A stretch of DNA of 64,000 bases from Balanoglossus misakiensis. Its lineage: Eukaryota; Animalia; Hemichordata. A model generated the notes under the pieces. The model saw only the letters and a program-made list of their open reading frames with translations, was not told the origin of the DNA and searched no databases. Location of the stretch: assembly GCA_040954595.2 (NCBI GenBank), contig CM082577.2, positions 14,391,903 through 14,455,902 on the forward strand, in the 5' to 3' direction. This document shows positions 1 to 13,795 of this stretch, in pieces. Each line of letters opens with the position of its first letter. Positions within the stretch are counted from its first letter, which is position 1. Made by a program: the position numbers and the translations under genes.

Positions 1-3000
1 CCTTTCTTTGATAGAACTTAAACCACCGCAACCCTGGCAACATGATGCGAGGGATCCCCAACCACTGGAACCAAGTGAAGTAGAAGTAAGTATCGTCATG
101 TATGTAAATTCTGCTGTACTGTCTATCCACGGTCACTCCACCACACCATGTGGTCTATCCCAAACCTCCATTGATTTCACCCCCACCCCCCCCACCCCCC
201 TGCTTTAACGAAAATATGGAGGATTTGAGATTTGAAGTTTGAACTACCATGGGTAAAACCAGGGCCGAGCGCCCCCTCCGTCAGAGCAAGCGTATTCTGT
301 GCCTGTGAAAGTACTGCCGCATGATCACAGTCGCATGTGGGCTCCAATTTCTAGTCAAATCATGCATGCGTGTATTGTATTTTAGGGGTAAAATACGCGC
401 ATAACTCAGAGGTGACTTGAGCTAACTCGGAATAGGAGCTCATCACATATGCGACTGTGTACAACATTCACCGCACCACGCGTGAAAATAATCTATGTGC
501 GTCGTAGATCGTGACCAGAGGTCACGGAGTCTATCATACGTCATATGTTGCCTTAGATTTGACGAAAATCGAAGTTTCGATCACAGTCTGTGTTTCGATT
601 GTGGTGTCATGATTTGCACTTTGCAGTGAGTGATGCGGCAGGGATGACGCACCCCAGAGACGGTCATTCATTGGCCAAATTACGCAGCTTTTGATATGCA
701 AAAAAGGTCATGTTGGGTCAGTTCATCAGTGGTTTAGCTCAGAGTTTGCAAGTTCACATCGTCAATGTTCGAGAACACTACCGACAGCAAGAGATCTTCG
801 TAAATGTTTCGCTGTCCAAATATACTGACAACTAAATCTGATTGGTTAGTATTTCTACATGAAACATGGGATAATATCTATTCTTTCCGCCAATGTTGAT
901 ATGATTGGTTGATTCTAATTTCATATCCATGAAACGATCGTATTGCAATCTATTTCCAATTACGAAATACGCTAATAAAATAATAGACTGCAAAAATTGA
1001 AGGAATATTTTCCTAGCACGTTATTCTCCCTCCTTTTTCAGATAACTTACTTTACCCACGCCTGCTTGGAGATGAAATTCGGTGATTTTCGTATGTTTAC
1101 GGATCCTTGGTTAACTGGACCAAGCTTTGCACGTGGTTGGTGGCTGGTACATGAACCTCCCCCTGATTGGTTGGAGAGACTAGCAAAGGCGGATCTAATT
1201 TACATCAGTCATTTGCATTCCGACCATCTGAGGTATCAGCTTTTCAATCACGGTTATCTTTCACTTGCCTGTAACACTACTACATCACGATGAGATGATG
1301 AAATTGGCATGATATGTTCACGGTTACTACGATTAGGATATGGTATTGAGTTTGTGCAGATGAAAATGATTTGTAGTCTTCTATGATTTTTGAGAATACT
1401 CTACATCTTGTCTACAACGTGATTTAAACATTTCTATCATCAAATTTTGATACAGCTATCCTACATTGGAATTGCTTCAGAAGAAAAATCAAAATATACC
1501 GATTTATGTTGGCAAAACGTCGACGCCCGTTTTCTGCAAAATGGAACATCACAATGTCCAAATGAACAACATCAAAGTTTTGCCTTTTGGAGTTTGGAAA
1601 GAGGTATAGCGTTTTTGTTTGTAAAATATTATTTCACTAGGCGATTTATTTTTAAAACAGCTGAAAACGCACTTTCTGTGTGGCTCAGCATTTATGTTTT
1701 CCATGACGTTTTGCTTGGTTTTCCCCCAAACCAACAGTTTTCTCCAAAAAACTTTTTCCTTACTTCACTGTATGGTGTGGACAGAATTAACGAGGAGGGG
1801 CGACTTTAGGGAGAGTTAACATTTCCATGTATATATGTGCGTACATAGGTGTAGGGGCCCGAGGGGAGAGCAGAGTGTGAAGAGAGGGGGCGAGTTAAAA
1901 GAGCAGAGAGGGGAGAAGAAAGGAGAGGGGAGCGTGGAAAAGAGAAACACCTGATTCACGTCGTTTCTTTATCGGAGAGAGGAGGAGGGTGAGGTTAGGG
2001 GACGGAGGGGAGTGTGGGAGGGAGAGATATATTTGATATACAATGTTTGTTTTTTCCGGCCACAGTCTTGAAACATAAATGCTGACAGTCACAATTTCAA
2101 CAATGTCGTCCTTACTATTGCAGATAAATGAGGATCTACGTATCATGATTCTCATGGATGGTGTACATCCTGAACTGGACACGTGTGTCATCATTGATTA
2201 CAAAGGTAAATATTGTTCGTGTCGAATATGAAGGTTTATCTTGGTCTGATACATTAATCATAAACCCAAGTGTGAAGTTCACAAATGTAAGTCTTGTTTA
2301 GCTTTCTGTTGGTGTATAATTTTTGAAAGTTTTAATGTTGTCTTTGATGTGAAATGTGGATTTATTATTGTTTACAGGTCATTTGATTTTGGATACTGTT
2401 GATTGTACTAATCCGAATGGCGGATTGCTCCCAGAAAATGTAGATATTTTGTTTTCCGATTTTGCTGGTGGTGCTTCCGGTTTTCCTATGACCTTTAGCG
2501 GTGGTAAATACACTGGTGAGTCTACTTTGCAAATGAAAAAAAAAACATGGCAATGAAAAAGCAATGGAAATCTTGAATCTTCATGAATGAGTGGGCCACA
2601 TGACATAATATCTACCTTCCTTCCTTCCTACCTACCTACCTGCCTCCCTACCTACCTACATTGTACCTACCCAGCTATAAATCTACCCACTGGCACATGT
2701 CCACCTATATGAACACACGGACACTGATACCCAAACACACACATCACAGCCAGTGCAATGACTTCAGGTCCAACAACACAATTGTACAATAGCATCCAAA
2801 AGATGTTGTATACAATATTCCGTGCACGTATACTGTCGTCGCTTTCCTGGGTTGGTGTATTTGTCAAATCTATAGTCTGCTGTGAAACAGTCTTGAAACA
2901 CGGCTACTGAAAAGTTTCCTTGATATGTTTGATGAAGCACTATGTGACTGTCAGGCCGCCCACCTTCTACATGTCAAAGGGGTCAGGCCGCGGTCAAGGT

Positions 3001-6000
3001 AAACTGTAAAACCAAATTAACACGTGCGTTACTGAGCACAAGAGTTTACCTATTCGCAATCGACACCATTTTGAATTTGTGGAGATTCTAACTCCCATAT
3101 GCGTTTACCACAACAGTTGTAAACTCTTGAAATGGGCGACAGAATAAACGGGTGCGGCACCTTCTTATTGTTTAACTTCGTCATATGTAAATGTACTGCC
3201 ACAAAAAGAGGTTGATAATATGTTTGTATACATATATATCATCATTCTAATTTTGAAAATAAAATCACGAAACCTTCATTTAATTTGTGTTAAATAATGT
3301 AAAATATTTTCTACAGAGGAATGGAAGGCAAATTTTATCAAACGAGAAAGGGCCAAACTGATGCACCACAAAGCACAAGTCGTGCGACAAGTGAATCCAA
3401 TGGTATATTGTCCCTTCGCTGGTTACTTTGTTGAAGCCCATCCATCTGACTGGTGAGTCGATCTTTCTCTGTTCATAGAGACACGTGAAAATTTCATGAG
3501 TCACTAAATTACAATTTGTTGGATATTGAAATCAGTAACGCAGAGTCGATGTGGGTTGAGATTAAAATGGGCAAGAATTTATATTTAGTTGTGGTATATC
3601 AAAAATTAACTGATTTCCCATATATTGCTTCATGCCAAACTCAGTAAATGACATAGATGGTGACATTTTCACAGTTACAAATCATATACTAGAACCGTCA
3701 ACATTTAATGATAAATTTAGCTCTAGATCCAGCCATTCTTTCTCAGTATCTCATATTAATGCAAGATCTCTCTGTAATAGTATAGACGATGTACGTCTCC
3801 TGTATAATGAATGTATCACCAGTCCTTTTCACATTATTGGTGTTTCAGAAACCTGGCAAATCAACAATCCAACTTTTTTTAATTTGCCAAATTACTCTTT
3901 TGAGTTAAATAGCAGAAACATCGGTCGGGGTGGCGGGGTAGGGGCATATATTCATTGTTCTCTTAAATACAAACTGTTAAACTTTAATGTGGTTCATTCT
4001 GAATCACTATGGTTTGAAATATGCGGGTTAAAGAATCGCATAGTTGTCGGTGTGTTATATCGCAAACCAGGAACTAGTGTCACAGAGTTTGAAGACAGTC
4101 TTTTTAATGTTCTTTGTTCTTTGAAACTGGATAAAAAACATTGTATTCTTATGGGTGACTTTAATATTGATGTGTCAAGTCCAGATTCAAGTGCTCGGGA
4201 TTTTATACCAAGGATGCAATGTCTTCATCTTGAACAGTTAATCTCCTCCCCAACTCGTATTACAAGTACTTCCAAGTCGACCATTGATCATATTTATTCC
4301 AATATTAGGGAGCATTCGTTTTTTACAGGGAGGGGGGGGGGGGGCGGTGGAAATCAGGGGGGGGGGGTTACTTTTACAAAGCAGTTTTTAGGGGGGGGGA
4401 CAAATTTTATAATCAATGGCTTAGGGGGGGGGGACAATTTTTACAACAGATTTGTATGGAATTATAGCACACTTTGACGACTAAATGTTTATTTTGAGTC
4501 CGCAAAAATGCAGTTTCGCGCCCTTTATTTTACAAAATTTTCTAATGTGGGAGGGGGTTTCCCCCTCCCACATTAGAAAATTTTCACACCCACCCCTCAT
4601 CAACACCTTTCAATCATTGACTGGTTTATCTATAGTGTCCCAGGTCAGGGGACTTGCCCCCACCCCATGATAACTTTGAGCGGCGACGGTTAAATTTGTC
4701 CTCCCCAACATACCGGTAGTTGAGTTAATTTGCTTTTGCCGGGTTCATTAAAATGCAGCTTTGAGCTCTGTATTTTACAAAATTTTCTAACGTGGGAGGG
4801 GGACACCCCCTCCCAAACCCACCCCCTTCAATTCTCGGTTTACAATGTCTCCCAACACAGAATACAAATACTTAAAAAATAAAAACAATGTTCAGTTTTA
4901 ATACCCACTGATGAGGGGAAACATCAGTTTCAAATTCTTTTCATGGGAGTGCTGTTTTTCTTTTTTTACAAGATAGAATGAATGTAATTCTGAATAGAAT
5001 CATATGTCAACAATAACAATGGTCAGTCTAAATATCTGACAAAGTTTGATAAGTTTAATCCGGTGGATAAACTTTTTTTTTTGGGGGGGGGGTCACATTT
5101 TACAATTGAAGAATTTAGGGGGGGACACATTTTAGAAAAGTAATTTCGAGGGGGGGTTGCCTTTTACATTTAGTCGGCGACTCAAATTCCACCGGCCCCC
5201 CCCTCCCTGTAAAAAACGAATGCTCCCTTAGCTCTTGTCACATTGATGCTGGTACAATTATTGCTGATATTTCAGACCACTTACCTATTTTCTCTATTTT
5301 CAACAACTTCAATGTCCACACGCCATTTGTACGGTCAGTTTGTACAAGGAATTTCAGGCGCTATAACTCTGCTCGTTTTATTTCTGATTTAATTAATGTT
5401 AACTGGAACGTTGTTATGCATAACAATAGCTGTGTAAACACTGCTTTTGACACCTTCAGCAATTTGTTCAGCCAGGTGTGTGACCATCATGCCCCACTTG
5501 AGGTTAAAACTATTAAGGCCAAGTGTAACAAAAATCCCTGGATTACCAAAGCTATTAAGAAGTCAATTCGCACCAAGCGCAAACTATATGCTAAAGTTGT
5601 CACCACACAACATGAACCAAGTGCTGTTGCTCGCTACACAACCTACAGAAATATTCTTACAAGTGTTTTAAGAAAAGCCAAAAGGGTGTATTATGCTAAT
5701 TTATTCACTGTAAACAAAAATGGTAAAGTGTGGAATGTTGTAAATGAGTTGCTTGGTAAAAACACTACTTTAGATAAAGCACCAGATCAGTTAAAGGTTA
5801 ATGTAAATGGGATTGAAAGTTTGGTAGATAAGCCAGCTGATATGGCTAAGTGTTTTAATGACTTCTTTGTACATGTGGGTCAAAATCTGGCAAACACATT
5901 CCAAAAACCACAAAAGATTTTAAAAATTATATGAATGATCCTATGCCAAACTCTTTTTTTCTCCATCCTGTTACGGTTGCTGAGATAAAAGAGATTTTGG

Positions 6001-9000
6001 GGCATCTTGACAGTAAAAAGGCCAGTGGGTGGGATAATATTCCTCCAAGACTCCTAATTGATGCAGCTGATGTTATTGCTCAACCTTTGACCCACATCAT
6101 AAATATGTCTTTCTGTACCGGTGTCTTCCCAAATTCCTTAAAAGTCGCTAAGGTTAAACCTATCTTCAAGAAAGGAGAACAGAACATTGTTGGGAACTAC
6201 AGACCCATCGCCATTTTATCAATGTTCAGTAAAGTGATAGAAAAAGTGGTAAACAAACAAGTGATTACTTACCTTGATAAATATAATATTTTATATAAGC
6301 ATCAGTATGGCTTTAGAAAGAACCATAGCACCAAGCACACTTTGATTAACTTAGTTAACCACTTGTTAAAAGAAATTGATAAGGGGAATTCCACACTGGG
6401 GGTGTTTATTGACTTCAGCAAAGCTTTCGATACCATTCACCATGCCACTTTATTGTCCAAGCTTGAACATTACGGGTTTAGGGGCCCCTGCCAGCATTGG
6501 TTTAACAGCTACCTCACAGACCGCTCACAGTATGTCACATTAACCAGTCATGTTTCAGAAAAGTCCTTGATCCACAATGGAGTCCCACAGGGATCAGTTT
6601 TGGGCCCAACCCTTTTCCTTATTTATATCAATGACCTTCCAAATTCTTCTACATTTTTTGATTTCCGTTTATTTGCTGACGACTCCAATCTCTTCCATTC
6701 CTTCTCAGGTGCAGATAGTATTAACTTGACTCATATATCCTCTTATTTAAATGATGTTCAGCAATGGTGCAATGCCAACAAACTAACAATTAATAGGGCC
6801 AAGACTCACTTTATTATTTTTAGGGGTCGGCAGAAAAAACTTGATGTTCTTGGGTCATTGCAAATCCAGAATGAAGAAATCAAAGAGGTTGATGTGATAC
6901 CATTTGTTGGGGTTTTATTGGATAAGCATCTGTCATGGTCACATCAAATTAACAAAATAAATAACCTCATTAGGAAGCACTGTGGAATTTTATACAAGAT
7001 TAGAAATATTTTACCACTCCATATCAGAATTTTGTATTACAACGCCTTCATACTCCCTCATGTTACATATGGTCTTGAGGTTTGGGGCAATACTTACCCC
7101 ACAAAGTTACATTGTATCCAAGTTGCCCAAAAAACAATTGTACGTATAATGCTTTTCAAATCACACATGGACCATTCTTCTCCTCTCTTTAATCAACTGA
7201 ATATTTTGGATATTACCAAGCTTCACAGTTATTTACTAGGTTCCTTCATTTATTCTTTATATCACCAGAAATTTCCACATTCACTTTCAGATTATTTTAA
7301 CACAACAAGTCATGAGCATAATACCAGAATTTGGTTACATCACTATCTACGCCCGTTTCACGCCAAAACAAACTCAGGCCAGTTCTCGATATCACATACT
7401 GGAGCAAAAATCTGGAACGATATTCCTCCACAAATTAAGTCTTCAAATACTTTATGCCAATTTCGTAGGACATTTAAACAACACCTCTTAAACCAGTACA
7501 AATGAATTTGTAATTTTCTTGATGTAGTATGATGCTGTTTTGTTTGTTTGTTTGTGATTGTTGTTCCTTTCTTTTTTCCATTACCATTTGCAATGGATAA
7601 CTTTACACTGTTGTAGTGAGATTGTACTTGAATCACGCTTCAAGCGTTCCCTCAACATTATCATTTTTTTCTGTAACCAAGCAAGCTATATTGTAGGAGT
7701 ACAGGCTAGACTAGCTGTGGCTATTTCCTGACTCCATATTTACCCACCATTTGTATTTTTTACCTATCATATGTACCCTTTAATTAATGGGTAAATAAAA
7801 CATTATTATAAAATTGAATGCAATCACGCGGTCACGTGTGGGGACTCTGATAGGAAAGCCAACCCTCGCGGGTATAGGAGCTACGACAGGCCAATTATCG
7901 AATAGATCATTTTACTTTCCTCAGCACCATCTGCCAACTTTTACACCTAAAAACCTTCCATCCTGAGAAATCAAATAGTTCTCCCCTTATGTGAACACCC
8001 TCAGCTATGTGTCGGTGTCTTTGCGGTTCTTGTCTGACATGGAGTTGTCTTCAAGATCAAATAATTAAAACAAAAGACAATAGGGTTTATTTACACGATA
8101 TTCTGCTATTCAATATTATAAACTTACCGACGAGCGTGCATCGTATTTCTCTCTCTGAGAAGCTGCAAAGCCGCTATTGGAAGGGAGAGGGTCATAATTC
8201 CGTTAGTTTTGTTGATTTCTTATAGGTATATCAAGGAGACGAACATAAAGAACAATGCGGTGAAACTGAACGAACTGATCAAGAAATATTCGCCAAGTAT
8301 CCAAACATGGACCCCATTGCCAGGTGCAAGTTTAGATCTTGGCAAAATCATTCGCAATCCACAAGACAGGTGGGTAAATTGTCCGGATGTGTTCACAAAA
8401 TCACGGAACGATTGTTTCAGCTATTCATCACAGAACAAGAAAAGTAGATTGTTTTCTATAGTACTATGAAACTCAGACGTGCCATTTTGATTTTTAATAT
8501 TATGTCAGCTTGTCAAATTTCGCACACATTTTCATCCACTTTAATACGAGTGAAGACGTGCGCATTTTTTATATTTTCCCAACCTGATGCAGGACTGCCA
8601 TCAAAGCTCCGCCAAAGGACAGCAAAATATTAAAAGACAGGTAATTAAACATCTGATGTCAAATTCTTAATTAACTCTTTGCCGTTGGTATGAACAATTA
8701 CAATATAATGCACATATTAGTAATTTGTGAATTGTCCTGTTTGTGGTTATCTACTGACTTTACACAAAACATCTCTATGCCTAATGTCGAATCGGCAACA
8801 GATGTTGAGAACCATGGACCGAGACGGTAATAATTGCGACTGCATTCTGGTTGTCAGTTACGTTGGTGGAGATTTAGGGATTAATTCCGGCGTTCAATCA
8901 GAAAGAGTTAAGGTTAAGACTCGATTGTACTTATAAAAAGTATTGTAATATTTGTACGTACTCCAGTGAGGAAAAAAATATCATTTCATTTACGTTCCCC

Positions 9001-9326
9001 GTTCTTGTTTATTCATTTCAGTTGGGATTTCGAGAAATACGTATCCTGTATAAACGGTCACGTGACAAACGAAATATTTGCTTTTCCGGAATGGATAGCG
9101 TTTTACTACAAGTGGTGTGGGTTTAAAAACTATAATTTGGTCCTTCGGGTATGTATGTAAGAATATATGTTGAGGGATAATCAGGGGCATGCGGATACTT
9201 CTGATAGACACAAGGACCGACCATACAGACAGACAGGCAGGCAGGAAGACGACAGACAGACAGACAGACATACATGCAAACAAACAAGGACTGTTAGGCA
9301 GACATGCAAACGCAAAGACGGGTGGG

Positions 9327-9362
<36 letters not shown>

Positions 9363-11723
9363 AACAAGGACTTATAGGCAGACATGCAAACACAAAGACG
9401 GGTGGGTAGACAGACAGAGACAGACAGGCAGATATGCATCCAGGCAGGTAGGTATAGACGGACAGACGGACAGACATGCAGGCAGTATTGCTGGAACGAC
9501 AAACAACACTATAGTAGGAGAGCAATTCGGTTTATTTCAGTAATGTGGATAAAATCATTTGTCACGATCTGATGATTTTTAAGCCAAAAAGTGTTCATTC
9601 AAGAAAGAGAACCTTAAACACCAGAGATATAGTCATCCCCCGGGAGTTGACTTGCATAAATGAACGTGACGCAAGAGCATATATCATTTAATTCCAACAT
9701 GGTATGATTGTTGACCTTATTGAGGAGGGCACAACAACCACCAATCTTCACTTAAATTTAGGGATTGATTTGCTTTCCCCCAGATGATTGAAACTGACGA
9801 CAACTTTGATGCAATCGAATATGGATATGATTTCCTGGTTGATTTTTCTGGGGAAGTACCAACATTTCCCGATGTCAGACCCGAACGGGAACACAATTAT
9901 CTGGAGGTATGCGAAATGTAAATCGAGACAGCTGATCTTGAACGAAACCAACAGAAATTGCGAAATGTGAAATAAGGCTCATGTGGAGGCTCAGGCCTCA
10001 TGTGGAGAAACTAGTACCGTGATAACTTCATTAGCCAGACCTCGAACTTGTGCATCCGGGCATCCATCCATTCATCCGTTCGTCCGTGCGTGCGTGTGTG
10101 CGTGCGTGCGTTCGTTCGTTCGTTTATTCATTCATTCATTCATTCGTTTCACGTCACGAAAATGATTCCGTGACATTTTATTTTTATTAGATCAAAAACA
10201 GAATTGGAGTTCACAGACAGACGGTTGCCAGTGGCCTGTTTTGGGATGACCTATACATCGGCTTCAACAACCGGATCAGTCGTACACCAGACACCTTCCA
10301 TTATCAGTGAGTATTGCGGTGTCCTTTCTTTCTGTGAAATCACCAAAGACACAGGTAGACCGGTTGAAAACCAGAAGGAATGTGCAGGAGCGGATACGGA
10401 AAACAGAAGCAACGGAAGCTTTGTCTATTATATTTGGTCATGCACGAGAACACCAGCAAGCAATTGAACACTGGATCTGTCGAATTTGCAATTACTGGGT
10501 CGGGCCTCTTTGTTATCTTCTTTCCCCTGTAATCGTGTGTGAATGGTGTTTTCATTCTCTGTCCAATGGATTCGTGGAGTGGGGCAATGGGCTGCCTCCA
10601 AGCGGAAACACCCCCCCCCCACCACCACCGTGCTTGATAGAGTGCATGCATCGACCAGATCCAAAATGTATATATCAAAATAGAAGTATAGGATCATATG
10701 TTTGGTTGAAAGACTGCCATATAGAGAGCACCCACTAAAGTCTAGTGCTAGTAAATCCGGGAAGATGAAAAGACTTGTTAATATTACCAAGATTGGAACT
10801 ACTGTGTGAAACTACAATATTGAAAGTAGCCTGAAAATATTTTACATTTTATGATTCTACTTCATTATTTTTGAATTTGCAAAGATTTTAACGTAGTGTA
10901 AAGAATTCAATCGGTTATAACTCTGGAAACCATAAAAATGTAATCACAAAAATTTTCCAACTGTGGTAATTGTAAAACAAGTGAGTCTAAACCTAGTGAG
11001 GGTCAGTTAAAATTAGCATTTTGTCTAAACAGAGATTTCTAATTATCAACTTGTTTCATTTTTTACCGATTGCCTCTCGACAAGATAAAACTTTTTTTAA
11101 TTTCTTTGTTCCAGATTCTGGAATCACATGCAGATAATGTTGCCTTTAGATCCACCGGACTGGGATTTCTTTCTTAAGGATCAGAAATCGAAGAAGACAC
11201 CTGAAAAAAGACTCTGGAAACCAAATGATTTGTCTGAAATCGAAGGTACATGTACTGTGTTTGTGCGAAAAATGTTTTATCTATCGAAAGATAGCATCAA
11301 TTTCAAAGTTTAGATTCACATCCCCATGTCTTTTTGTCAAGGTGGAGAAACAATGATTTCCATCGTTCTGTGTTATTTTTGACCAAACCAAGGTGGTATG
11401 ATATCCTTAAACCATGGTCCCTGGTCAAGTAGACATGCGCCTAGGACTGGCAAACCCATCGCTCGAGGGCGTTTCATGCGAAGGGGTGATGGCAAGCGCC
11501 CTCAACGATGGGTTTAGTTCAGTCTGACGTGCGTGTTACCGCCATGTTGCTTGTGATATGACTGATGATTTCCTATTTTTTCCTTCCAATAGGGAAACGA
11601 CACCAACCAGCGATGGCTTATGGCACCAGTAGCTTCTACAGCATGGCGTTCATTGCTGGCCCAGTGGTCCTCGGGATAGCCGCTTTCGCCCTTCTTCGAT
11701 TCACCTCAGATCTGAATGGCTAA
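1..11723 (+). CDS. CMAH: CMP-N-acetylneuraminic acid hydroxylase, 5'-partial. Exons: <1-85, 1042-1232, 1456-1603, 2124-2205, 2378-2515, 3317-3452, 8226-8369, 8593-8640, 9022-9148, 9784-9906, 10191-10306, 11115-11245, 11593-11723
   Basis: Phase-compatible GT-AG exons translate to CMAH motifs in the expected order: ITYFTHAC, DPWLTGPSFARGWW, YISHLHSDHL, MILMDGVHPELDTC, SDFAGGASGFPMTFSGGK, YCPFAGYFVEAHPSD, WDDLYIGF, FWNHMQI. Stop TAA at 11721-11723. Confidence 0.95.
3632..7505 (+). mobile_element. Non-LTR retrotransposon (CR1/L2-like) ORF2 (APE endonuclease plus reverse transcriptase) in a CMAH intron, disrupted by a MITE and one frameshift near 5905
   Basis: APE motifs HINARSL, GVSETW, MGDFN, TIDHIY and SDHLPIF (the last after the MITE). 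RT motifs NYRPI, DFSKAFD, GVPQGSVLGP, FADD. The 3' UTR runs to about 7800 with AATAAA. Confidence 0.93.
4308..5227. mobile_element. PIF/Harbinger-type MITE (family A, copy 1)
   Basis: TIR GGGAGCATTCGTTTTTTACAGGGAGG / CCTCCCTGTAAAAAACGAATGCTCCC with TTA target duplication (4305-4307, 5228-5230). Removing it restores the LINE reading frame. Confidence 0.9.
9225..9480. repeat. Degenerate (GACA)n microsatellite in a CMAH intron
   Basis: Visible cagacagaca arrays. Confidence 0.85.
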
Positions 11724-13795
11724 GGCTTCCCCAGCCCAAATTACAACACCACAGGACATCCTACAAAATTTCGAGAATTTTTTTTCGAGGGGCAGTGTGC
11801 TGTGAATTGTGAGCAAACACAAATTTTAAGTCATGAATTGCTTCATTTGGACTAAGTTTAAAGGGCCCTACAGACTTGTAATTTCAAATTAGAGTATACA
11901 AATTTATTTAAAAAACACTGTGCATAAAATGCGTTTCTTCCTTTAACCATTTAAACTACTTGGCTTGCATGATTGGTAACGTTCCACTTTGGGTTCTCTC
12001 TACACACTCTACTGCAGTTGTGGACAAATTTTGCTGAAATTAATTTCATTAATTATGAAAGAACTTCAGATTTGGGGCAAATTTGCTATAAGCTCTGAAA
12101 TTAAATAAAGCAGTGAGTCAAGTGGGGTAATTCTAACAAATGTAACTTTAATTGTTAAATTAATATCACCAAGAAAGTATTTCCTAATGCATTTTACTGA
12201 ACATATATTTTTATATAAGCGTTTTCATTTCTATCAGTAGACTATTCTTCCTGAATATGAAATGAGAAATGACCTACGGTTGGGCATTCTAATCACTGGC
12301 GATGAGGCAGGTTTATGCTATACAGATCAAAAATTATGAGCCTGTAATTACGACGGAAATGAAATTATTTACATAAAGGATAAGACGAACCTCTGAATCA
12401 AGAATACATAGTTGTGGAAACAAAGCTTTACATAGCAGTAGGTGATCTCGTTTTTCGTGAAGTTAAAGATTGGTCTCTTATATTCATGTCTTGTTCCTAC
12501 TTATGCGAGATTGAGGTGTATAAAATCATTGCAATCAGGCTACATGTATTTAAACAGTGGAAAGCGGTGTAAATGACAGACAATCAAAACAAACACTTAA
12601 ATCCATGACAACTGTTTCAAAATTCCTCTAGCAAAAACGTTCTTCAAGAAGGGGGTCATGCTTGTCATTCGTCTTCACGTGGGCGTATTGTGCCGCCACT
12701 TTCCTCAACAGTCGTGACTGACACGTTTCAAAGACGCCAGGCCATAACAGCTCCTTTCGTCGACCCACTTCTTATCGATTGCCAAACCGGTATTTTCGAC
12801 GAAATCTTCAAATTGTTGCCAGCTCCATTTCACTGTCATGCTGCCTGGATAGTGTTGTTACGGTCTGTGTTGGGGTCAAGTATGATTTTAAGGGTCAACC
12901 AGAGCTCTGGAATGTCAATGTTTGATAGTATTTGATTTTATGATTTAAAGTAGATAGGGAGAGCAGGTGTTTAACTGACTGCTCTGGTTGTCAATCATCA
13001 TCGAACGGACTTTATTATATAACGCTCTATGTATTTGGTACGTATATAGTTGAATTGGTGTCCAATGAAATTGTAACATATTGTATTTTTGATATTTTAC
13101 ATGATTAACCACGACTTGAGAAAAGTAATTATTTCCAAAGTTGTAAGAGAATAATCTAACGGGAAATGGGAGTACGTCAGGCTACTGAGCTCGTTCCCTT
13201 CCTCACATACCATACTGGGCATATTTGATGTACTATAGTAATTCTCAGCAATAAATGAGTGTGAATCAGATACGTGTCTCCGTGGAGCACTGTTCTCGTC
13301 AGAGCCCGTTACCTCATCGCTACAAATTTTCCGATGTATGAACAACAATAATAGACCAGCGGTAATGATAGTGCAGGTACAATATTTCATCCTTCAGAAT
13401 CTGAATGGCCTTATCGACAGCACCTGTACATACATTATGCATATTGGGAACGATCATATGTCGACCAAATTTCCTAAGCTAGTTCTGGTAAACCAACACT
13501 TTATGCAGATGTACGACTGAATGAAGAGTACCGCGCAGCGAAGAGGCGGAGAGCGCCCTCACACCGAACACTGGGGTGAGTTCGACGCACAAAGCGTTCG
13601 GTAACGTTCGGTAACATTTTCATGTCGAACGATCTTTTGTCATTGTTTTTCGCGAACGTTTTTGTAACAATGGAAGGCGTAAGACGGAGGTGACTCGCGG
13701 CGAACAACTCATTAATTCAAAATGGCGGACATGTTAGCCGAAGTACGACTCGCAGGGCATATTTTCGAAGAAGTTTCAGAATATTTTTCGATTTA

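Noticed and set aside
4308-4477. Gly-rich C-terminus of the 281-aa ORF
   Set aside because: Read-through into the G-rich MITE terminus
8990-9572. Several overlapping 60-170 aa ORFs
   Set aside because: Artefacts of the (GACA)n microsatellite
10307-10790. Overlapping 112-143 aa ORFs in a CMAH intron
   Set aside because: No recognisable motifs, and the CMAH exon chain is complete without them
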